Below are positions 35,775-38,119 of a stretch of DNA of 38,119 nt, piece after piece; the stretch's first letter is position 1, and every line of letters starts with the position of its first letter. The DNA is from Octopus bimaculoides (taxonomy: Eukaryota): the NCBI RefSeq assembly GCF_001194135.2, contig NC_068995.1, positions 19,893,620 to 19,931,738 on the forward strand, read 5' to 3'. The translations under genes were made by a program, and so were the position numbers. The notes under the pieces were generated by a model that was not told the DNA's origin, searched no databases, and saw only the letters and a program-made list of their open reading frames with translations.

Positions 35775-36250
35775 CGGAGCTGGGTTTCGTACGCCTTCGA
35801 AAGAGGAGTTGAAGAAAGCAGGTGCGTGGTTGATGTATACACCAGTCAATCGAGAGAGCACATACAAGTCTATGCCCAGTTTGTAAAACCAGGGGACAGA
35901 GGAAAAGAGAGACAAGGCTGAGGCTCCAGACACCTGCTTGCGGGCTAATGCCACACTACATGGAGAAAAAGAATACAAGAACCACAGTCAGAGATATTGT
36001 CATTAACGTTCGCCCTTGATTTATTATTCCCATTGAATCACAGTCTGGAATGGGTATATGTGTTAGGCGACTTCTGCAACAACATGTGGTCTGGTAGGAT
36101 CTACGAGGGCCTGAATGTCTGGTTGGCAGGATAATTCTGGAATTCTGGAGCTGTACCTCACCAAAGGATTGAAGAAAACATAAGTCTGTGGTGCAGAGGA
36201 AAAGGCCCAGTTGATACACATGTGGTAATAAATTCAGCTTGAGGATCTGC
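35775..36250 (+). mobile_element. Possible L1/Tx1 ORF1 (gag-like) remnant
   Basis: RTPSKEELKKAG, LMPHYMEKKNTRTTVRDI and a broken knuckle TCGLVG(S)TRA. Resemblance from memory only. Confidence 0.35.
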
Positions 36251-36854
36251 CTGAAAGATGAAAAAGAAAATGAAAAGAGGGTAGTTAATAGCATCAATAT
36301 CAAGGGTCAAAGTTGACGACCTTCGCTGTTGCTAATGCTGTTTCTAAAGTATTTTCGATTCTATTTCTAAATATCCGGAGAGAGAATAAGCGAAACAATA
36401 TCATTCTCAATAAGAAGAAAGCCTTAGACTGGTAATGAAGTATGTAATTGATACAGCGAAGGAACTTCCTTCTCCAACATAAGAACAGCCAGAGACTACG
36501 ACTTGAAGGAAGGAAGAAAAATGTTTGCTAATTAAAGAGGAGATAGTCGGAATACATACAATATAAATTATTGAAAAGCCTATTTAAAAGCAGACCAATA
36601 GTCTATACGCAGCTAAAGTTCAACACCTAAAATGACACTGCATTTGTCTCCTCTTGGCTGACACCGAAGAAGCTCACGAGTACATTCGGAAGTGTCAGGT
36701 TTCAGTATCCGAAAACATGAAGTGTCTTTATATTTGGTTTATGCGCGTGAGTTTGAATGTATCCATTTATGTTCTCTTTCTCTTTTTAAGTGAGAATAAA
36801 TTTTAACCAGCCACCTACTTGGTAGCAATTTTGTGAAGGAAAGCATTATGTTTC

Positions 36855-37965
36855 CTTCATCATCTTTGAAATCTTAAGAATGTCTTGCAGATTTTTACTC
36901 TCCCAGATATCATGATCATTTGTAGCTTATGAATTAAGGATTTGCCTTCTTTCTACATGAACACAAGTTCAGCCATACTTTGCTCCAGACGGGTTGTTAT
37001 CTATACTGCTGTTCCAATCATAATAGGTATGAAGCTGAAGGTGTGTCTTTGGTACTGGATTTGAATCTCCTTACCAAATGCCCATAGATGTCCTCTTTCT
37101 TTCATATGTTTCTAACTACATTGGTCTCTAGAGAGCAGCTGATTTCCTCAGAATACATCATTTCCGCGTGGTCTGAGACAACACCATCTTTTGACTTGGT
37201 GACTGTTTTAACTTTTAAGCTCCACCAATATATTTTTATCCCATCTGTCTCGACACATTGAACTTCACTCTGTAGGTGCTTTCTTTTTTCTTCTCCTGTT
37301 CAAGACCGTTCTGACCCCCGCATCATGCCTTGTGGAAAGATAATATGAAGAAGACATTCTCTCACGGTTTGCAATAATGTTGCTAATGTCTTCAGTCTCA
37401 GTCTTGCACAGCCCACATTTGTTGTCTGTTAATGTTTACTGCCTTTTCTACTGTATGTACTTGGTAAAGGTCTCTTGTTTTTGAATTGCATGGAATTGAC
37501 TTTTCGGTACCCCATGCCATAAACTTTTCGGTACCCCATGCCATGCTTTTCACATGATCAATCCCGTCTATGCTTTGTTTTTCGTGCCAAATTACCCACG
37601 TATTATCTTCTCAGTGAACTAGTTCATATTCTTTATTTTTTATTTTGTTTTATCATAAACAGATTTTACCTTGGCGAAAGGTCTATGTCATCCCATGTTT
37701 CGTACCTCTCCTCAAGTTCATTAGGTAAGCTCATTATGTTGTTGATTTCATGGTCACAAATTTGGGTAAGGTAGTTACTGGTCTTTTTCCTCAGCCGCAG
37801 AAGTTGCTTTAGGGTCATATAACTTCAATACAGATTTGAAACCGCGGCCACCACCCTTACGGGGGAAGTATAGCCTGTGTACGTCTCCATTAATGTTGAG
37901 GTTTTCCGAAACATTGATAACCTTGCGAGTTTTGACATCTATCTCACTGAGCTCTTGCAATGACT
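36855..37965 (-). mobile_element. RLE-type non-LTR retrotransposon 3' part (different lineage from the 19-26 kb copies)
   Basis: DVHRLYFPRKGGGRG; AIQKQETFTKY; NKCGLCKTETEDISNII; RHDA; WWSLKVKT; EEISCSLETNV; IYGHLVR; FIPIMIGTA; VKICKTFLRF. Confidence 0.82.
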
Positions 37966-38119
37966 GAATGAAATATACGGAAATACGGAAATAGCTTTCA
38001 TCATCCTACAAGCGGGGTTTCTGCCCGATACATTTCCGAGTACATATATAAATATATCTATGCATATATATATATTCATGTATGAATGTGCGTATATATA
38101 TATATATATATATATATAT

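Noticed and set aside
35772-35821. 50-nt exon candidate (TTTTAAG| ... CAG|GTGCGT; YGAGFRTPSKEELKKA)
   Set aside because: Good splice signals, but downstream sequence continues with L1 ORF1-like peptides. It cannot be called a host exon without transcripts, though it is not excluded.
36658-36698. Hairpin CTGACAC-CGAA...TTCG-GAA-GTGTCAG
   Set aside because: Isolated, with no ribozyme core or miRNA-length stem.

Overview
Eukaryotic, AT-rich, intronic or intergenic DNA, very rich in microsatellites and containing six N-gaps. The SINE repertoire looks like an octopus (coleoid cephalopod) genome; this is recognition from memory, not a database hit. I find no intact host gene, rRNA, tRNA or CRISPR array, and most ORFs in the track are translated microsatellites. 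The window holds four tRNA-derived SINE families (about 20 copies), a dense stack of decayed non-LTR retrotransposons at 18.6-27.2 kb and 34.7-38.0 kb (R4/Dong-like RLE elements, one RTE, L1/Tx1), and a Penelope-like element with a GIY-YIG remnant at 15.5-16.2 kb. The most interesting signal is a set of type I hammerhead ribozyme motifs that can be folded by eye. One has an intact canonical core (28668-28744). One has a compensatory U3-A8 core and an extended, bulged helix I (1564-1626) and sits inside a 247-bp unit closed by 14-bp inverted repeats. A second U3-A8 motif with one further core change lies at 16603-16651, and there are degenerate relics. Also notable are a two-copy repeat with a possibly covarying pseudoknot (14.7 and 17.7 kb), a 124-bp near-perfect palindrome, and a TATA+Inr promoter-like island at 10.7 kb. 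No activity is shown; these are sequence and structure predictions.
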